Source: Macrostomum lignano (taxonomy: Eukaryota). From it: a DNA stretch of 64,000 nt. The position numbers were made by a program, and so were the translations under genes. Below the pieces are notes generated by a model, which saw nothing but the letters and a program-made list of their open reading frames with translations, was not told the origin of the DNA and did no database searches. Location: contig NIVC01000372.1 of assembly GCA_002269645.1 (NCBI GenBank), positions 1 to 64,000 on the forward strand. The letters run 5' to 3'. Below are positions 60,382-64,000 of the stretch, in pieces (positions within the stretch are counted from its first letter, which is position 1; the number at the start of each line of letters is the position of its first letter).

Positions 60382-62384
60382 TAGGGACTCCAGTGAGGTT
60401 ACCGTAAAGCTGATAATTACACGAAAAATCGTACAATAATGTTTTTTAAAAATGAAATTGCCATGCATAGAAAATGTTTATAGTAAAAACAAAATATACA
60501 TGTTAAAGAAGAGTTTCTATTCTTTTTAATGAGATAAAGAAACAAAAAATATATACATTGTATGCCGAGTAATGTCCCACTGAACTTCGTCTTTTTTTTA
60601 ATACACTCGTTTTGTTGCCAAAAAAAGTGACTTTCGAAAGTTCGTTTTTTTGTTGGAAAGCAATTATTTTAACAAAATATAACTATTTATTGATACAAAC
60701 AACTATATTTACAAACATTTTTGACATTTTAAGAAGAAATTTTTTTCTTTTCTCCTTATTTAGACAGTATAAAAAAATTAAAGTTGAATAAAAATCGTAC
60801 CCGTATTTCCGAAGCTTAGTAAAACCCGGAAATGAATGCTACTCCGTAATATGATTACATTAAAAAAAACCGCACATGTCTATCTACATCTGCCAAAAAG
60901 TTATTGAAGCCTGTTTTTTGCCTATCTCTTCAGTGTAAAATAGACGGATAAAACAGAAAATTTAAAATTTTTTCTAGCAGTAATTTCCGAAGACTATTCT
61001 TCTACTGCATTTAATAGAGGAACTTATAGGAATTCTTCACAGCACTTTTATATCTTTCCACATACATCCGCCGAGGAGCAGCAGCAATGTTTGCTTTTTA
61101 GTAGCGATACTACTTACATACTACTTATATAAAAAGTGGCTTATTATGGCTTTTCTTAACCAAAAAGAAGACGTTTTACCATTGCAAATTAGTTTTGAAG
61201 GCAAAATAATACAAATAAATGTATGCTTTAGCTTATTGAGCTATAGCAATTGCAATCCCAATAAATGACCCCTTGAATGCACGTAACCTTGGTCTGCAAT
61301 TCAAACTCCCATAAAAATGAACTGAATTTCATAAGAAATTGTGTTTATTCCATTTGTAAGTTTAATAAGCAACTTCACAATATACAATTTTAAGTACAAT
61401 ATATTTTTAAATACTTCTTTACACTTGTTTACAGAAATGTTCATCGGTAACTTTATTCACAATATACAATTTTACAATAAGGATAGGCTCAATCAAAAAA
61501 TATACAAGACAATAGTATCAACAATTATTTACCTATATGTTTTACAGTTAAAAAGCAAAGCAGACAATATACATTATGTGTGTAAAGACAATAAGCATTA
61601 AATATATGCTAACTTCAGTCTTCAGTTGCAGCTACTCAACAAGCAATAATATTGGAAAAAAAAGAACAAGAGCTTTTAAATAAACCAAAGTACACAAAAA
61701 ACATTTTCATATGTTTTTCATTAAAAAAACAAATCAAACTTTATATATATTCATTAGTCTAAAAAATATAATCATTCAAAGTTGAAAAATGTGCAATTTT
61801 AAGATATGCTATCAAGTTCCAGTAGCAAAAAAGTCACAAAATTGGTGAATTTTTTAACCTTTGTCAATATATAGGAAAAAATGGTATAAAAATATATACT
61901 TTTATATGTTGTGGAGTAAACAAATAAAAAAGATTTCAGAAAAAGCAATTAACTTTTAAATAATAGTCATTTGAAATTTTAATTTTGCTCTATTTTTGAT
62001 GTGCATTTTTCACTTTTTTAAAAATTCAAATGCAAACCCTAAGAAAGATACATTAGAAAGAATAAAAACAATTTGTTAATCTTATGTAGAACTGCTTGGT
62101 CTTTAAAATGATACCAGACTCAATATTGTATGTTGAATAGCAAAAAAGAAATGACAACAAAAAGTGAAAAATTTTGTTTTCGTACATCTAATGGCAACAA
62201 TCTATAATGTATTTTTCCTATCTAAAAAACGTAATTTTTTGGGCACAAAAAATGCTATAACTTTTTTATTACTCAACCAAATTTAATAAGTGAAGCCATT
62301 TTGTGATGCTGTTATTGTCCTCTATCAGATACATATCTGAAAATATATAAATTTTAAAGTTTCAAAATCTCACTGGAGTCCCTA
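60382..62384. mobile_element. ~2-kb non-autonomous DNA transposon with 16-bp TIRs and a 7-bp TSD
   Basis: TAGGGACTCCAGTGAG (60382-60397) / CTCACTGGAGTCCCTA (62369-62384); GTTAGGG flanks both sides (60375-60381, 62385-62391). Confidence 0.75.
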
Positions 62385-62926
62385 GTTAGGGCTAGGCTAG
62401 CAAACGCGATATATATAAAAAATATATAGGCCTATAACGTTTTTTACAAATTCTTTGCTTTTTAAATTCAGTTAGTAGTAGTAAATTTGGCTCAGGCTTA
62501 AGGAGCCTGTTATGCCAGTATGATCCGATTTATTTATTCAAAAGGTTAAATTTTACACGGTCGCTGAAAACGAGTACTACACGATATTTGTATTAAGTAA
62601 GGTCATTTGAAAGGGCGTTAAGAATTTTTTACGGTTTTTTTAGCCGATTAACGACTAACGACGGAAGCAGCAAGAATCTAAGCAGGGAAAAATAGAAAAT
62701 CGATGTTGTATATATATGACCTTAATGTTTGAAACGATTCTTCTAAAATGCGATTCAGAAAAGGTAGTTAAATATTATTTTGTCAATATAACAAATATCT
62801 AGTATAATTGAGGATTGTTCTCAATAATAGGCGATTTTTGTAAAAAAGATATAGTATTTTTGAAAGCGCGTGATACAGTATCGCAATGAAATATCGAATT
62901 AAAAAGGAAATTAAAAAGACAGTAAA

Positions 62927-63030
62927 TGAATAAACAACTGAAAAGCGGATTTATTACACTGCTGATATATCTGTTTCAATGAATAAACAACTGAAAAGCG
63001 GATTTATTACACTGCTGATATATCTGTTTC
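62927..63030. repeat. ~52-bp tandem duplication
   Basis: AATGAATAAACAACTGAAAAGCGGATTTATTACACTGCTGATATATCTGTTTC occurs twice. Confidence 0.85.
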
Positions 63031-64000
63031 AGTTTGCATAACTGTTTTAGCTATACATGACTTCATATATTTTAGCTACACCAGTGAGCTCTTTTCTGAC
63101 TCTTTTTTCATTTGTAGCATATCCAGTTATAGTTAATTCAGTTCAATTTAACACGCGGAAAATTAAACCTTACATTTAAACAAAAATGAAAGTACTATCA
63201 AATTCAGTGTGACTCAATGATCAAACAGAGCACAAATTAAGTGACTGTTTTTTTTAATTGTGTGGTAAAATGATCCCAAAATAATAAAATTACGAAATTA
63301 TACATCAGCTTGGTTGCAAATTCTGGGTGATTTAAATTTTAAACGCTTATTAAAGTACACGTGTACAAAGGACCAAGCTGCGTGTACACTGTAGACAAAG
63401 TCGAGGAAAAAAGGCAAAAATCTTAGGGACAAAACATTTAGGGCATTCAGAAGTGCCAATATAGTTTTAATGTTGCCATATGTAGACAGTGAATTAAGTC
63501 AGATAATCACGATTATTCCTATTATTGATGACGTTGCAATCCAAACCAAAAGAAGGACAAACCATATCCTGGAATTGCATGAATATGCCCGCACCAAAAT
63601 ATAGGAATTACGAAACATGTACATAATAGAAACTAATTCATAACAGCAGTCTTTTCATAATATTTCATAATAGCAATTCATAATAGCAGTATCTATGTAG
63701 AAGGGACTATGCATAAAGTACATGTACATGCATGCATGCTTGTTACTCTATCCTATATGGAAAATTGTTTATGTATTTGTGACATAAATGAAATTTTCTT
63801 GATCTGCAGCTCGTCTCTTCACAGTGTGTTTATCCTGCTATGTCGCAGCGTTGGTACGAGTAGTTTGTTATTTAAAGTTATAAATTTGTATAGAAATTCG
63901 TCTGATGTTACACAGCTTCATTAGGTATATTTTTCAATGTAAATACGTGGGAAAAAGTAAATATGTAATAATAATAGCTCGTTTGGTGTCTAAGCAAGCG

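Overview
Eukaryotic (animal) genomic DNA with GC-rich exons and AT-rich spacers, and a private minisatellite in almost every intron. This style, plus ATG-less ORFs that start at splice acceptors, suggests a trans-splicing flatworm such as Macrostomum (inference only). Twelve protein-coding genes could be reconstructed, most with phase-consistent GT-AG junctions. On + are a DNMT3-family gene with an ADD domain and a catalytically dead MTase fold (DNMT3L-like), an intronless Kir channel, and an orphan membrane protein. On - are a single-C2 synaptotagmin-like gene and a run of eight co-oriented genes: nucleoside hydrolase, MCFD2, MTU1/TRMU, CENP-S, CNOT10, class II CPD photolyase, a C2H2 zinc-finger protein and Abitram. 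Mobile DNA includes two MITE families, a foldback element with a one-sided satellite expansion, and a 2-kb TIR element with a 7-bp TSD. Top leads: (1) an invertebrate DNMT3L-like pseudo-methyltransferase; (2) genes that appear to take their start codon from the spliced leader within an operon-like array; (3) directional C-to-T decay of repeat copies in CpG-poor blocks.
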